A stretch of DNA of 64,000 bases, from NCBI GenBank assembly GCA_030525875.1, contig JAUNDV010000007.1:1766-65765 (forward strand), in the 5' to 3' direction. The translations under genes were made by a program, and so were the position numbers. The notes under the pieces were generated by a model, which did no database searches, had not been told where the DNA came from, and worked only from the letters and a program-made list of their open reading frames with translations. How positions within the stretch are numbered: position 1 is the first letter of the stretch; every line of letters begins with the position of its first letter. This document shows positions 1 through 10,438 of the stretch, in pieces. Origin of the DNA: Eubacteriales bacterium. GTDB lineage: Bacteria > Bacillota > Clostridia > Lachnospirales > Lachnospiraceae.

Positions 1-618
1 ATGAGCTCAGTTCCTGCAAGCATGTTTGACCACTGATCGTCTCCACCAAACTGCATGTTGCAGCCGTAATCCTGATACAGACGGTAGAAGTCATAGCCCT
101 GCATGATCATATAGTTAAACTCAAGGAAGGTAAGTCCCTTCTCCATACGCTGCTCATAGCATCTTGCTGCAAGCATGTGATTTACAGAGAAATGTGATCC
201 GATATCTCTAAGGAAATCAATATAATTAAGATCAAGAAGCCAGTCTCCATTGTTTACCATGATAGCATCATTTTTGCCATCACCAAAATGAATGAAGCGC
301 TCCATCTGCTTACGGAAGCAATCACAGTTATGTGCAATTGTTTCCTTTGTCATCATTTTTCTAAGGTCTGTTCTTCCTGATGGATCTCCAACCATTCCAG
401 TTCCGCCACCAACAAGTGCTATAGGCTTATTTCCAGCCATCTGAAGTCTCTTCATAAGGCATAATGCCATGAAATGTCCTACATGAAGGCTGTCTGCTGT
501 AGGGTCAAAACCTATATAGAAAGTTGCTTTTCCTGCATTTACCATCTCTCTGATTTCATTTTCATCTGTTACCTGTGCAAGTAAGCCTCTTTCAATTAAC
601 TCCTCATATACTCCCATC
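1..618 (-). CDS. tyrS: Tyrosyl-tRNA synthetase, N-terminal 206 codons (3' part runs off the left edge)
   Basis: Not in the ORF track because there is no stop in the window. Manual minus-strand translation from the ATG at 616-618 gives [49 protein letters not shown]...[15 protein letters not shown]...[17 protein letters not shown]. It has the class I HIGH-type motif (HVGH) and the GDPSG and GGxDQW blocks typical of TyrRS. Confidence 0.9.
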
Positions 619-768
619 TTTAAAATCCTCTCTACTGCTTATATTTCCACCCCTATATTTTCTTTATATATAAGGATATATCTGTTATGAAAACAGTTTC
701 TTAATCTTTAGATAAATCCATATCTTACTCGAAAACAAAAAATAATGCAAGCTTTAACACGTTTTTTG

Positions 769-1650
769 TCAGTCTTTTCCAAAAATCTGTTCCTTTAATC
801 TTATTCCTGTAGGTGTTGTGGCAAGTCCGCCTCCTGCTGTTTCCTTAAGTGCACATGGAAGCATATCGCCTACACTCTTCATTGCATCGATTACCTCGTC
901 GCACGGAATCTCGGATTTGAGCCCGGCAAGTGCCATATCTGCTGCCGCCATTGCTGTTACAACGCCCTGGGCATTTCTCTTTATGCATGGAATTTCCACA
1001 AGTCCTGCCACCGGATCACATACAAGTCCGAGCTGGTTGGAAATAGCTATAGCCGCTGCGTGGGCTGACATCTCTGCATTTCCTCCGTACAGCTCTGTCA
1101 TTGCTGCTGCCACCATTGCGGCAGCTGAACCGCATTCGGCCTGACATCCACCCTCAGCGCCTGCTACATTTGCCCTCTTTGCTATGACCATGCCTATTGC
1201 AGAGGCCGTAAACATGGATTTTACAATGGCTTCCTTTGAAAATCCTCTATCTTCATATAATGAAACAAAGCATCCCGGCATTATGCCACAGGAACCAGCT
1301 GTAGGTGTGGCGACAATTTTACCCATCGCAGCATTTAACCCTGAAACACTTAAGGCTCTTCCTATGGCCTTTGTCATAAACTCGCCCATGATTCCGCCAT
1401 TTTCCTGCGAATATTTATTTAGCTTATAGCCTTCACCACCTGTAAGTCCAGAAGTTGATCTTAGGTTTTTGTCATTTCCACTATGTACAGCTTCGACCAT
1501 CACGTCAAAGCGCTCTTCCATTTTCCTATATACCTCATCTGTGCTAAGCTCCATGGCTTCAGCCTGATCTTCAATAACAAGCTCAGACAGGCTTCTCCCG
1601 CTTTTTGCAACAGCTTCTGTAAGTTCCCTTACTGAATCATATAAAAACAT
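769..1650 (-). CDS. sdaAA: L-serine dehydratase (iron-sulfur type), alpha subunit
   Basis: 293 aa. Has the GGEG, TPTAGSCGI and GAEGGCQAECGSAAAMA blocks typical of SdaAA. Lies directly downstream of the beta subunit gene. Confidence 0.9.
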   Translation of the reverse strand: MFLYDSVRELTEAVAKSGRSLSELVIEDQAEAMELSTDEVYRKMEERFDVMVEAVHSGNDKNLRSTSGLTGGEGYKLNKYSQENGGIMGEFMTKAIGRALSVSGLNAAMGKIVATPTAGSCGIMPGCFVSLYEDRGFSKEAIVKSMFTASAIGMVIAKRANVAGAEGGCQAECGSAAAMVAAAMTELYGGNAEMSAHAAAIAISNQLGLVCDPVAGLVEIPCIKRNAQGVVTAMAAADMALAGLKSEIPCDEVIDAMKSVGDMLPCALKETAGGGLATTPTGIRLKEQIFGKD

Positions 1651-1738
1651 TTTTTACCTCTTTAATTGCACTTTTTATCCTGTAATTCCAAGCAAATATC
1701 ATACTGCGTTTATATTTTCCTCATTGAAATTACATTTC

Positions 1739-2404
1739 TTACAACGCCCTCATCAAAATGACATTCATTACGTCCTCAAGGTCTTTTATTTCCTCTATCA
1801 TGCCCTCTGGCGGCATTCCGTCTATCTCTATCGTCATTACAGCCTCTCCACCTCTTATAGGTCTTGAGAGTCTGAAATTTCCTATATTAACGTCTCTGTA
1901 CTTATCTGCCATAAGATTAGTTACTGAGGCTATGAGCCCCGGTCTGTCCTTATGCATTACAAGAATAGTATTTCTTTCTCCCGTAAAATCGACCTTCATG
2001 CCGTTGACATAATCTACTCTTATATTGCCTCCACCTATGCTTGATCCGATAACTACGCAGGATTTGCCATTTTCAGCCTTGAGCTTCATCCTTGCCGTAT
2101 TTGGATGGGCATCCTTTATCTCGACCGGAATAAAGCTGTATTTTATTCCCTTCTCATCAGCCAGCTTAAACGCATCCTTTATCTCTGCTGAGTTTGAGGC
2201 AAAGCCCATTATTCCTGCAAGCAGTGCCTTGTCTGTTCCATGCCCCTTGTAGGTCTTGGCAAAGGATCCTGAGAGCTCAATAACAGCTTCCACAGGCTCA
2301 GCCTGAAGAATTTTCCTTGCCACTCCACCCAGTCTCACAGCGCCTGCTGTGTGGGAGCTGGACGGTCCAATCATTATAGGTCCAATAATATCAAATACAT
2401 TCAT
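1739..2404 (-). CDS. sdaAB: L-serine dehydratase (iron-sulfur type), beta subunit
   Basis: 221 aa. N-terminal FDIIGPIMIGPSSSHTAGAVRLG motif plus a C-terminal ACT-like region. Paired with sdaAA. Confidence 0.9.
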   Translation of the reverse strand: MNVFDIIGPIMIGPSSSHTAGAVRLGGVARKILQAEPVEAVIELSGSFAKTYKGHGTDKALLAGIMGFASNSAEIKDAFKLADEKGIKYSFIPVEIKDAHPNTARMKLKAENGKSCVVIGSSIGGGNIRVDYVNGMKVDFTGERNTILVMHKDRPGLIASVTNLMADKYRDVNIGNFRLSRPIRGGEAVMTIEIDGMPPEGMIEEIKDLEDVMNVILMRAL

Positions 2405-3050
2405 TGCCAGACTCCTGTATGTTTATTTCCAGCTTAAGCTCTTTTTTTAACAGTGCCGAATTTACCCACGCCATAGCTGGAACTGCAAGCAGCAGAGGGA
2501 AAATGAAAAACTGTGGCACATATACAAGACTTAATAAGCCAGAGCCGATAATTACTATATCTAATACTGCCATTAATATTGTTTTTGGCAGATTTTTGAT
2601 GCTCAAAAGTATAGCATTTTTAATAAGTGCTGCTAAGGTGTTGGTATACCTTGCTTCCAGCGGAAAGACATATATGAAAATGCTTAACGCTAAAATAAAG
2701 GTAAAAAGCGTAAATCCAAGCAGGCTGTAAAATACGATTTGTGGCAGTCCCATCAGCGGAAAAAGCCTTATATCTATATAGATCACTCCAAATATTATTA
2801 TAAAAAGGACAGATAAGATTATTCCGTGCTTAAAACTCTGCCTAAGTCCCTTTAAATATCCCCTTAGCATACCTTGGTCCCTGCTTTCAAGTATGCTGAA
2901 AATAACAGAATATACAGCACAAAGCGCTGCCCCAAAGGTGACTAAAGGAATTGAGCACAACAAAAATAGAATGCTTAGAAGTGTGAAATCTCCGACTCTG
3001 CCCATAAATCTCCAAAATGCGTTATCGTAATTAAACATGCCCCTAAACAT
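2391..3050 (-). CDS. DUF624 (YesL-like) integral membrane protein
   Basis: 219 aa. The N-terminus FNYDNAFWRFMGRVGDFTLLSILFLLCSIPLVTFGAALCA and the multi-TM profile match the YesL/DUF624 family. Overlaps the sdaAB start by 14 nt. Confidence 0.7.
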   Translation of the reverse strand: MFRGMFNYDNAFWRFMGRVGDFTLLSILFLLCSIPLVTFGAALCAVYSVIFSILESRDQGMLRGYLKGLRQSFKHGIILSVLFIIIFGVIYIDIRLFPLMGLPQIVFYSLLGFTLFTFILALSIFIYVFPLEARYTNTLAALIKNAILLSIKNLPKTILMAVLDIVIIGSGLLSLVYVPQFFIFPLLLAVPAMAWVNSALLKKELKLEINIQESGNECI

Positions 3051-3081
3051 TCTATATCCTCTTTTGAATTAATATTTTATT

Positions 3082-4170
3082 TTAATTGAAATCTTTTTCA
3101 ATGTAATGCATATATGTATCTACCATAAGTGCGATCTTGAGTGTCATTGCATCCTCAAAGTTTCTTATATTGAGGCCAAGCAGCTTCTGAAGCTTATCAA
3201 GTCTGTATACAAGTGTGTTTCTATGGATGTACAGATTTCTTGATGCCTCTGAAATATTAAGTGAATCCTCAAAGAACTGTCTGATAGTCTGGATTGTTTC
3301 CTCGTCCAGATCCTCTGGCTTTGTATCTGTAAATATCTCATTGAGGAACATCTTGCAAAGTGTTACAGGAAGCTGATATATAAGTCTTCCTATACCAAGC
3401 TTGCTGTATGCTATCATATGGCTGTCCTCATGGAAGATCTTTCCTACTTCCATGGCAAGTCCTGCTTCCTTGTATGAACATGAAAGATCCTTGAGTTCGC
3501 TTACAGGATTACCGTATGATACATAGGCATTCTGCATACCCTCTGTATTGATAAGGTCAAGGATTGAATTTCCGATCTCGATGAGCTTCTCATCATCGTC
3601 ATCCTCTTCCATATTTCTTATATAGATAATGTGCTGCTCATCCACCTTGAAAATGTATCCGCTGTTATTCATACCATAAAGTGGTCTTAAAATGTCAACG
3701 ATAAGATTATCGCTGTCATCCTTTACTTCTATAATATAAACAATTCTCTTTACGTCATTATCAATATGGAACTTTCTCGCTCTCTCGAATATATCTATCT
3801 GAAGAAGATTGTCTAATATTACATTCTTAAGGAAATTATCCTTGTCAAACTTATCCTTGTCAGAGCTTACCATGTTCTGAATCTGAAATGCTGTAAGCTT
3901 GAGGAATGTTTCTGTTTCATCAGAAGCGCCTGAAGCAGCAAGCACAAATACAAGATTATTTTTCTCTCTTATCTTGGCAAAGTATCTTCCTGCAATACTC
4001 TGTGTATCTGCATCTGACTGTGCAAAGTCAGCAGCTCTGATTTCATCTCTGTCATCTAAAGGAGCTGTTGAGCAGACTCTTGTTCCATCTGGATTAAAAA
4101 GATAGAGATCGATCTTGGCAATTGACTTGATTCCATCCAGAGTATTTTTTAGTATCAAATTTGAAAGCAT
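3082..4170 (-). CDS. PucR/CdaR-family transcriptional regulator
   Basis: 362 aa. The C-terminal helix-turn-helix ASRNLYIHRNTLVYRLDKLQKLLGLNIRNFEDAMTLKIAL is characteristic of the PucR C-terminal HTH domain. Confidence 0.75.
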   Translation of the reverse strand: MLSNLILKNTLDGIKSIAKIDLYLFNPDGTRVCSTAPLDDRDEIRAADFAQSDADTQSIAGRYFAKIREKNNLVFVLAASGASDETETFLKLTAFQIQNMVSSDKDKFDKDNFLKNVILDNLLQIDIFERARKFHIDNDVKRIVYIIEVKDDSDNLIVDILRPLYGMNNSGYIFKVDEQHIIYIRNMEEDDDDEKLIEIGNSILDLINTEGMQNAYVSYGNPVSELKDLSCSYKEAGLAMEVGKIFHEDSHMIAYSKLGIGRLIYQLPVTLCKMFLNEIFTDTKPEDLDEETIQTIRQFFEDSLNISEASRNLYIHRNTLVYRLDKLQKLLGLNIRNFEDAMTLKIALMVDTYMHYIEKDFN

Positions 4171-4287
4171 ATATTTCCTCCTTGCTTATATTTCATAATA
4201 TGCAAGCCAAAATTTGCTATATTTTCATATAGTCAAACAATTACCCATTTTTATTAGCATATTATAACACAAAAAAATAAGCAAAAC

Positions 4288-4321
4288 AAACAAAAAGGAA
4301 GACATATTGTATATATCTTCC
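4288..4321 (-). terminator. Rho-independent terminator downstream of the ABC ATPase gene
   Basis: Minus strand reads GGAAGA-13 nt loop-TCTTCC followed by TTTTTGTTTGTTTT. Confidence 0.6.
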
Positions 4322-4435
4322 CTTAAATTGTATTTTTGATTGCATTTTTATATGATGAACGACCAATTATCCAAAGTCAACTGGCTTCCTGCTTAGCAGA
4401 ACTATTCAAAATCCTGGCTTGTAAAAATACCGGCT

Positions 4436-5548
4436 TTAGTTGAAAACAGCTTCCTCAGTATCAATATCAAAGGCATGAAGCTTTGTTGTGTCCATATAAA
4501 GCTTTACCTTATCGCCAGGTTTAACCTTTACTGATGGATTTACTCTTGCTGTCCAGTTTGAATGCTCCATATCAAAGTACAGGAAGGTCTCAGCTCCAAG
4601 CATCTCATATACTCTTATCTCTGCATCTATGCATGCCTCAGTATTTGCATATGCTACATCTGCTTCCTCATGAAGGTCTTCCGGACGTATGCCTAAGGTT
4701 ATTTTCTTTCCTATATATCCCTTGTCCTTTAACACAGCTGCTCTCTCGTCATCAAGTCTTATATTCTGTCCTGAAAATGAAAGATAGACCTTACCCTCTG
4801 ACTCAGCCACATCTGCTGCAACCATGTTCATCTGAGGTGCACCGATAAAGCCTGCTACAAACTTATTGCATGGCTTGTCGTAAAGATTTTGCGGAGTATC
4901 GACCTGCTGGACAACTCCATCCTTCATAACAACTATGCGTGTTCCCAGTGTCATAGCCTCGGTCTGGTCATGTGTTACATATATCATAGTTGTTCCAAGA
5001 TTCTGGTGAAGCTTTGAAATCTCTATTCTCATCTGTCCTCTGAGCTTTGCATCAAGGTTTGAAAGTGGCTCATCCATGAGGAATACCTTTGGATTTCTGA
5101 CAATAGCTCTTCCCATTGCTACTCTCTGTCTCTGTCCGCCTGAAAGTGCCTTTGGCTTTCTGTCAAGAAGATGCTCAAGATCCAGAATACGTGCAGCTTC
5201 ATGAACCTTTTTATCTATTTCTTCCTTTGGGAACTTTCTGATCTTAAGGCCAAATGCCATATTTTCATATACAGTCATGTGTGGATAAAGAGCATAGTTC
5301 TGGAATACCATCGCAATGTCTCTGTCCTTAGGCTCTACATCATTCATTCTCTTATCATCTATGTAAAGATCACCTGAGCTTATATCCTCAAGTCCTGCTA
5401 TCATTCTAAGTGTAGTAGATTTTCCGCAGCCTGAAGGTCCGACAAAAATAATAAACTCCTTGTCTGCAATGTCCAGATTAAAATCTTTAACAGCCTCAAA
5501 TCCATTTGGATATTTTTTAAAAACATGCTCTAACCTAACTGTTGACAT
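4436..5548 (-). CDS. Sugar ABC transporter ATP-binding protein (MsmK/MalK/UgpC family), stand-alone
   Basis: Walker A GPSGCGKST, signature LSGGQRQR, Walker B FLMDEPLSNLD, and a MalK-type C-terminal regulatory domain. I chose the start at MSTVRLEHVFKKY (ATG at 5546-5548) because AAAGGAGATACATA precedes it. The track ORF extends to 5629, probably spuriously. No permease or binding-protein genes are adjacent. Confidence 0.85.
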   Translation of the reverse strand: MSTVRLEHVFKKYPNGFEAVKDFNLDIADKEFIIFVGPSGCGKSTTLRMIAGLEDISSGDLYIDDKRMNDVEPKDRDIAMVFQNYALYPHMTVYENMAFGLKIRKFPKEEIDKKVHEAARILDLEHLLDRKPKALSGGQRQRVAMGRAIVRNPKVFLMDEPLSNLDAKLRGQMRIEISKLHQNLGTTMIYVTHDQTEAMTLGTRIVVMKDGVVQQVDTPQNLYDKPCNKFVAGFIGAPQMNMVAADVAESEGKVYLSFSGQNIRLDDERAAVLKDKGYIGKKITLGIRPEDLHEEADVAYANTEACIDAEIRVYEMLGAETFLYFDMEHSNWTARVNPSVKVKPGDKVKLYMDTTKLHAFDIDTEEAVFN

Positions 5549-5689
5549 TATGTATCTCCTTTTTATTTCCATGATGTTATTTCGTATTTTACTTCTATAT
5601 AAGTACTTTTGCCATGTCACTTCACACAAAGAATTTAAGGTTTTTTGTGTAAAATGTTGCTTTAAAATGCTGTATTGTAAATAATATAC

Positions 5690-5722
5690 AAAAAAAGAAG
5701 AGCAGGCATTTTCTCACTCTTC
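5690..5722 (-). terminator. Rho-independent terminator downstream of the secreted repeat protein gene
   Basis: Minus strand reads GAAGAG-loop-CTCTTC followed by TTTTTTT. Runs on both flanks, so possibly bidirectional. Confidence 0.6.
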
Positions 5723-5878
5723 TTTTCATGTGCAATATTTTATTATGTTAAATATTTTCCTTAAAAAACGTTATTTTCAACATAATCGTGTGATTTTTTA
5801 AGCTATTTTGACTATTGATTTTTTAGTCATTTGTTTAAAATGCAGATTTATCGCCGGTTATGTCATTTTTTTGAAGCT

Positions 5879-6853
5879 TTATTTCTGCATAACTCCATCC
5901 TTATCAAAATAATGCCCGTCCGGTGAGTAACCATCTGAAACTCTTGCTCCCGTTGCATCAAGATAATAGGTCTTTCCATCTATGATCTGGTAACCTGTCA
6001 GCATTATTCCACTTGGATTTAAGTAATACCATCTGTCATTTACATTATTCCAGCCTGTTGCCATAGAGCCATCTGGAAGCGCCAGATACCAGCAGTTATT
6101 CCACCAGATCCAGCCTGTCTGCATTATTCCGTCCATGTTGAAGAAATACCACTTATCATTGATCCTCTGCCATGAATTTCTTGGATAGCTTCCATCTGCA
6201 TATTTATACCACCAACCTGCATCGCCCTTTACCCAGCCCTGATTAGGTGTGGCTGAAGGTGAGCCATTGTTGTAATTATTATTGTTAGGAAGTCCTGGAT
6301 ATGGAACTGTAGTAATGCTTCCTGAAGGTCCATAACCATAACTATTGCTTCCATCAAGGTAGCTTCCGTCAGGTCTGTATCCCGGTCCAAAATTACCATT
6401 GCTGTTCTGATTGTTGATAATGTCATCAAATGGATCTAAATCTTCATCAAAATCATCATCGTCCCAGTTATCAAAATTAAGATCATCCTCTGTAACTATA
6501 ACCACTGGTGAAGCTTCAGACCACTCGCTGTGATTTCCTCCATAGAATTTTGCTCTTACTCTGTATTTGTATTTTCCTGTCTTGGTAAAATTAAACTCAT
6601 AGCTGTCTGAATCCGTCTTATAGCTCTTGTAATCATCGTCCCAAGTTCCATTTCTCATGAGTGAAAGCCTGATTTCATATTTTTCGACCTCTTCATTTTG
6701 GAGCTGCGGTGCTTCCCAGGCTGCGCTTCCTGAAGCTGTAAGCTCCAAGCCAGTGCACTTAGCCCCGCTGATAAGAGCTGCATATGCATTTATAGGAAGG
6801 GCAAGCAGGATAGCACCAGTTGCCAGCATATTTTTAAATTTGTTTTTAAACAT
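5879..6853 (-). CDS. Secreted protein with an Fn3-like N-terminal domain, acidic and N/G/Y-rich linkers, and C-terminal cell-wall-binding (choline-binding-type) repeats
   Basis: 324 aa. Signal peptide MFKNKFKNMLATGAILLALPINAYA. Has an acidic stretch NFDNWDDDDFDEDLDPFDD. About five repeats fit the pattern GWxxxxxxWYYxxxxGxMxTGW (for example GWWYKYADGSY, DKWYFFNMDGIMQTGW, DRWYYLNPSGIMLTGY, GKTYYLDATG). Confidence 0.75.
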   Translation of the reverse strand: MFKNKFKNMLATGAILLALPINAYAALISGAKCTGLELTASGSAAWEAPQLQNEEVEKYEIRLSLMRNGTWDDDYKSYKTDSDSYEFNFTKTGKYKYRVRAKFYGGNHSEWSEASPVVIVTEDDLNFDNWDDDDFDEDLDPFDDIINNQNSNGNFGPGYRPDGSYLDGSNSYGYGPSGSITTVPYPGLPNNNNYNNGSPSATPNQGWVKGDAGWWYKYADGSYPRNSWQRINDKWYFFNMDGIMQTGWIWWNNCWYLALPDGSMATGWNNVNDRWYYLNPSGIMLTGYQIIDGKTYYLDATGARVSDGYSPDGHYFDKDGVMQK

Positions 6854-6969
6854 TTATTTTCCCTCTCAAAATCTTATAACCTGAACTTTATTTGTTTCAC
6901 AAGCTGGGGTTACTTCATAACTTGAATTTGCTCCATAAATATGTCTGTTCTATAAGAACCTACAATAAT

Positions 6970-7224
6970 TTACTTCATGAGCTTTCTTGTACCTCTGAAG
7001 CTTGTAATAATCATCACAAGTCCTACTATGGCAAAGAATACCATAAACAGATTACTTACGAGCCTGGTACCGCCAGTGTTCAAGTCCATAGTTCTGTACA
7101 TCTGAAAGGCTACATATAAAAGATACATCCCCGCAATGGACCTTATTGCATAGCTTACCTTCAGACTCTTTCTCATGGCCTGATCCTGAGTCAATTCTTT
7201 TTTATCTTTATTTTCTGCTTCCAT
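6970..7224 (-). CDS. Small two-TM membrane protein of unknown function
   Basis: 84 aa when started at MEAENKDKK (GGAGGAAAATCT precedes the ATG at 7222-7224). Two hydrophobic helices. Lies at the tail of the TRAP gene string. The track ORF extends to 7299. Confidence 0.5.
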   Translation of the reverse strand: MEAENKDKKELTQDQAMRKSLKVSYAIRSIAGMYLLYVAFQMYRTMDLNTGGTRLVSNLFMVFFAIVGLVMIITSFRGTRKLMK

Positions 7225-7343
7225 AGATTTTCCTCCAAGTAAATACTTCATTTCATTATAGCATATATAACAAAATCCCTCCAGCATATGTAAGTGCATA
7301 TACTGAAGGGATGCTAAATATTTTTATAAGTATTTCATTTTCC

Positions 7344-8630
7344 TTAGAAAAGTCCTGGGAAAATTGCTGCTGGTATAGCAAGCCATACATCAGGGAAAAT
7401 AACAAGCAGAGCAAGTACTACGAGTGAAGATAAGAAGTAAGGAAGTGTTCCCTTAAATGCATCTTCAATCGTTATTCCACTAATGGACGATGCTATGAGC
7501 AGACATAATCCGTAAGGAGGTGTAACAAGTCCTAATGCAAGTGTTACAACGATGATAAGTCCAAGGATGATTGGGCTGATTCCAAGTGATATAGCTGAAG
7601 GAAGTATGATAGGTACAAAAAGGATCATAGCTGGAACTGCATCCATAAATGTTCCTACAAACATAAAGAATAATACAACTACAAAAAGGAATACGAGCTT
7701 TCCACCTGCCATATTTGCAAAGAACTGCTGTACCATTACGTTAAGCTGGTAGTAGCTAAGGAGCTCTCCAAGTGCGTTAGCAGTTGCAAGTGCAAAAAGT
7801 GAAAGTGAAGACATTTTCATTGTCTCGATAAGAATACGTGGAAGATTCTTAACCTTGATTGTCTTATAGAAGAACATTCCTACTATAAGAGCGTATATAC
7901 ATGCAAATGCTGCTGACTCTGTTGGTGTGAAGAAGCCTGATACTATTCCTCCGATCAAAATGATAGGAGTGAGAAGTGCTGGCATTGACTCAAAAGTCTG
8001 CTTAATAACAAGCTTAAAAGGAACTCTCTCTGACTTAGGGAAGTTTTTCTTCTTTGCATACATTTTTACTACTACCATCATTGCAAGTCCGAGCAATATT
8101 CCCGGAATGAGTCCTGACATGAACAGGGCACCCGTACTTACATTGGCAATACCGGCATAAACGACCATCGTGATACTTGGCGGGATTATGGAGCCAAGAG
8201 TAGAGGACGCCGCCGTTACACCTACAGATGTACCCTTGTCATAGCCCTGCTTCTCCATCGCTGGGATGAAGATCTTACCAACACCTGCTGTATCAGCCTG
8301 TGATGATCCTGAGATTCCTGCGAAGATCATTGATACGAGGACGTTTGAATATGCAAGTCCTCCACGAAAATGTCCTACAAGTGAGTTACAGCAATCGATG
8401 AGCTTCTCTGTGATCTCACCCTCATTCATAAGGTTTGCTGCAAGGATAAAAAGAGGAACGGCAAGTAAGGTAAAGCTGTTTAAGCCGTTAAACATCTTTG
8501 AAAATACTACTGTATTTGGAATTTCTGGTAATGAAGCAATACCTGCAAATGAAACTACTCCAAGTGCAAAAGAAATTGGAACGCCTATTACTACGAAAAC
8601 AATGAACATTACTACCAATAAAGCTGCCAT
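7344..8630 (-). CDS. TRAP transporter large permease (DctM family)
   Basis: 428 aa polytopic membrane protein with a typical DctM profile. The first base of its start codon is also the last base of the DctQ-like stop codon (one shared nucleotide at 8630). Confidence 0.9.
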   Translation of the reverse strand: MAALLVVMFIVFVVIGVPISFALGVVSFAGIASLPEIPNTVVFSKMFNGLNSFTLLAVPLFILAANLMNEGEITEKLIDCCNSLVGHFRGGLAYSNVLVSMIFAGISGSSQADTAGVGKIFIPAMEKQGYDKGTSVGVTAASSTLGSIIPPSITMVVYAGIANVSTGALFMSGLIPGILLGLAMMVVVKMYAKKKNFPKSERVPFKLVIKQTFESMPALLTPIILIGGIVSGFFTPTESAAFACIYALIVGMFFYKTIKVKNLPRILIETMKMSSLSLFALATANALGELLSYYQLNVMVQQFFANMAGGKLVFLFVVVLFFMFVGTFMDAVPAMILFVPIILPSAISLGISPIILGLIIVVTLALGLVTPPYGLCLLIASSISGITIEDAFKGTLPYFLSSLVVLALLVIFPDVWLAIPAAIFPGLF

Positions 8631-9115
8631 TATTTCTTTCCTCCTTTTATAAGTGTACCAATATCCTCAACAATAAGCTCTACAAGATAAATTGAAGAGG
8701 TTATTCCACAGATTGGAAGGCAAAGCCATGTAGGGCCTCTCTTAAATGATGGGATGTTTACCCATGTATAGTTCCAGAACTGCTTTGTAAGCTTAAATCC
8801 GTAATATACCATGAGAACAGTAAAGACAAGCATAATAAGTGAAATAATAATACTGAGAATGCTCTTCTTTCGCTGGTCCTTCATCATGTCGCTTATAGAT
8901 GTAAATGCAAAGTGCTTTCTGTCAAGTACCATGGCACCGCCGCCCATAAATACTGCCCAGATAAAGGAATACATTGAAACATCCTCTGTCCAGGTTGCAG
9001 CTATTCCGATATAGCGGGAAATCATCTGGAACACAACAGTAAGCAGGAAAATTAAAAGGAAGATTCCGCCAATGGCTACCTGAATCTTCTGTAGCATTTG
9101 AATTGCTTTTTTCAT
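8630..9115 (-). CDS. TRAP transporter small permease (DctQ family)
   Basis: 161 aa with 4 TM segments. Sits between the TRAP binding protein and large permease genes. Confidence 0.85.
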   Translation of the reverse strand: MKKAIQMLQKIQVAIGGIFLLIFLLTVVFQMISRYIGIAATWTEDVSMYSFIWAVFMGGGAMVLDRKHFAFTSISDMMKDQRKKSILSIIISLIMLVFTVLMVYYGFKLTKQFWNYTWVNIPSFKRGPTWLCLPICGITSSIYLVELIVEDIGTLIKGGKK

Positions 9116-9213
9116 CTTATTCCTCCTTGAACTGTAATATATTATTTCATAGGTAATCTGTCATCTCATAAAAACAGCCGTCCAGTCTCCCAGACGGCTG
9201 GCTGTTCAAACTA

Positions 9214-10293
9214 TTACTTTGCTGAACGGATCATCTCAAGCTCTGCTGTCATGTTGTTGTCAGCTGCGAACTTGTCCTGAATTGGAAGTGCTAATGCCTT
9301 AAATGCTTCAATATCAACATCCTCGTAGTTAGTTACGATTGCGCCATCAGCTATAACCTTCTCCTTAGACTCCTCGAACATACGGTAAACAACCTCACGT
9401 TCCTCAGCTGTAGCTGCCTCAACTGCCTCGTTGATCCATCCCTTCTGCTCCTCTGTAAGACTGTCATAGAAGTGTCCGTTCATGAGAAGAAGACGTGTTG
9501 TGTAGTCGTGGTGAGTCTCTGTGATGTACTTACCGTTGTCTGTCTTGTGGTGCTCCTTTAACATGAAGCTTGTGTAATCATTTTCAGCTGAATCTACAAC
9601 GCCCTGCTGAAGTGCCTGATAAAGCTCGCCCCATGCTACTGATGTAGGAATTGCTCCACATGCCTTCCAGAACTCCTGCTGAACCTGTGAAGACTGTGTA
9701 CGGATTGTCATGCCCTTTAAATCAGCTGGTGTCTTAACTGGCTTCTTACCATAGTAATCACGAACTGATGATGACCAGTAAGACATGATACGGAAGTTGT
9801 TTCCTGTCTTCTCATTAACTACCTGCTTCATTCTCTCACCGAACTCACCGTCAAGGCACTTCTCCCAGTGCTCAAAGCTGTCAAAAAGATAGTTTAATGA
9901 GAAAATGTCAACCTCTGGTACACCGATTGATGTCATGAATCCAGGTGATGCAACTACCATTGAAGCTGCTCCCATCTCGAGCTTCTCAATGAGCTCATTT
10001 TCATTCTCTCCAAGTGTTCCCTTATGAACTGTTACTGAGATCTTTCCGCCTGAAACATCCTCAAGTACCTCTTTGAACTTGTCCATACCAAATGAATATG
10101 GGTTATCAAGAGATGTCTGGTTAGAAGCGATGATGAGGTTAAGCTCTGCGTTAGCTGGTGCTGCTCCCTCTGTTGCTGCTGCACTGCCATCAGCTGCTGG
10201 TGCTGCTGTTGTTGCTTCCTGCTTGCTTCCACATCCTGCAAGAGACATTACTGTCATTACTCCTGCTAATACAAGTGCTAATTTCTTTTTCAT
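9214..10293 (-). CDS. TRAP transporter substrate-binding lipoprotein (DctP family)
   Basis: 359 aa. Lipobox LAGC in MKKKLALVLAGVMTVMSLAGCGS, an Ala-rich linker, then a DctP-type periplasmic binding domain. Confidence 0.85.
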   Translation of the reverse strand: MKKKLALVLAGVMTVMSLAGCGSKQEATTAAPAADGSAAATEGAAPANAELNLIIASNQTSLDNPYSFGMDKFKEVLEDVSGGKISVTVHKGTLGENENELIEKLEMGAASMVVASPGFMTSIGVPEVDIFSLNYLFDSFEHWEKCLDGEFGERMKQVVNEKTGNNFRIMSYWSSSVRDYYGKKPVKTPADLKGMTIRTQSSQVQQEFWKACGAIPTSVAWGELYQALQQGVVDSAENDYTSFMLKEHHKTDNGKYITETHHDYTTRLLLMNGHFYDSLTEEQKGWINEAVEAATAEEREVVYRMFEESKEKVIADGAIVTNYEDVDIEAFKALALPIQDKFAADNNMTAELEMIRSAK

Positions 10294-10438
10294 ATTTTAT
10301 TTTTCCACCTTTCTACAGAAAGCTTTCCCATGCCTTCTGCTATATTCCCCTTTTATTTTTATAAATGACCTGTCCGTCATCTATAATTTGCTAGTATTAA
10401 AGTAGTGATACGGCTACCCTTAATTGGCAGGCGTATTT

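Noticed and set aside
619-768. T-box leader upstream of tyrS
   Set aside because: Only about 150 nt are available. A GGGTGG occurs (TATAGGGGTGGAAAT), but I could not find the rest of the T-box sequence, a specifier-loop architecture or a terminator/antiterminator pair. An Rfam scan would settle it.
5549-5629. N-terminal extensions of track ORFs (4436-5629, 33500-35797, 58646-59545, 25648-29583, 6970-7299, 14263-14979)
   Set aside because: Internal ATGs with strong Shine-Dalgarno sequences coincide with the conserved N-termini of the protein families. The upstream extensions have no RBS and atypical composition.
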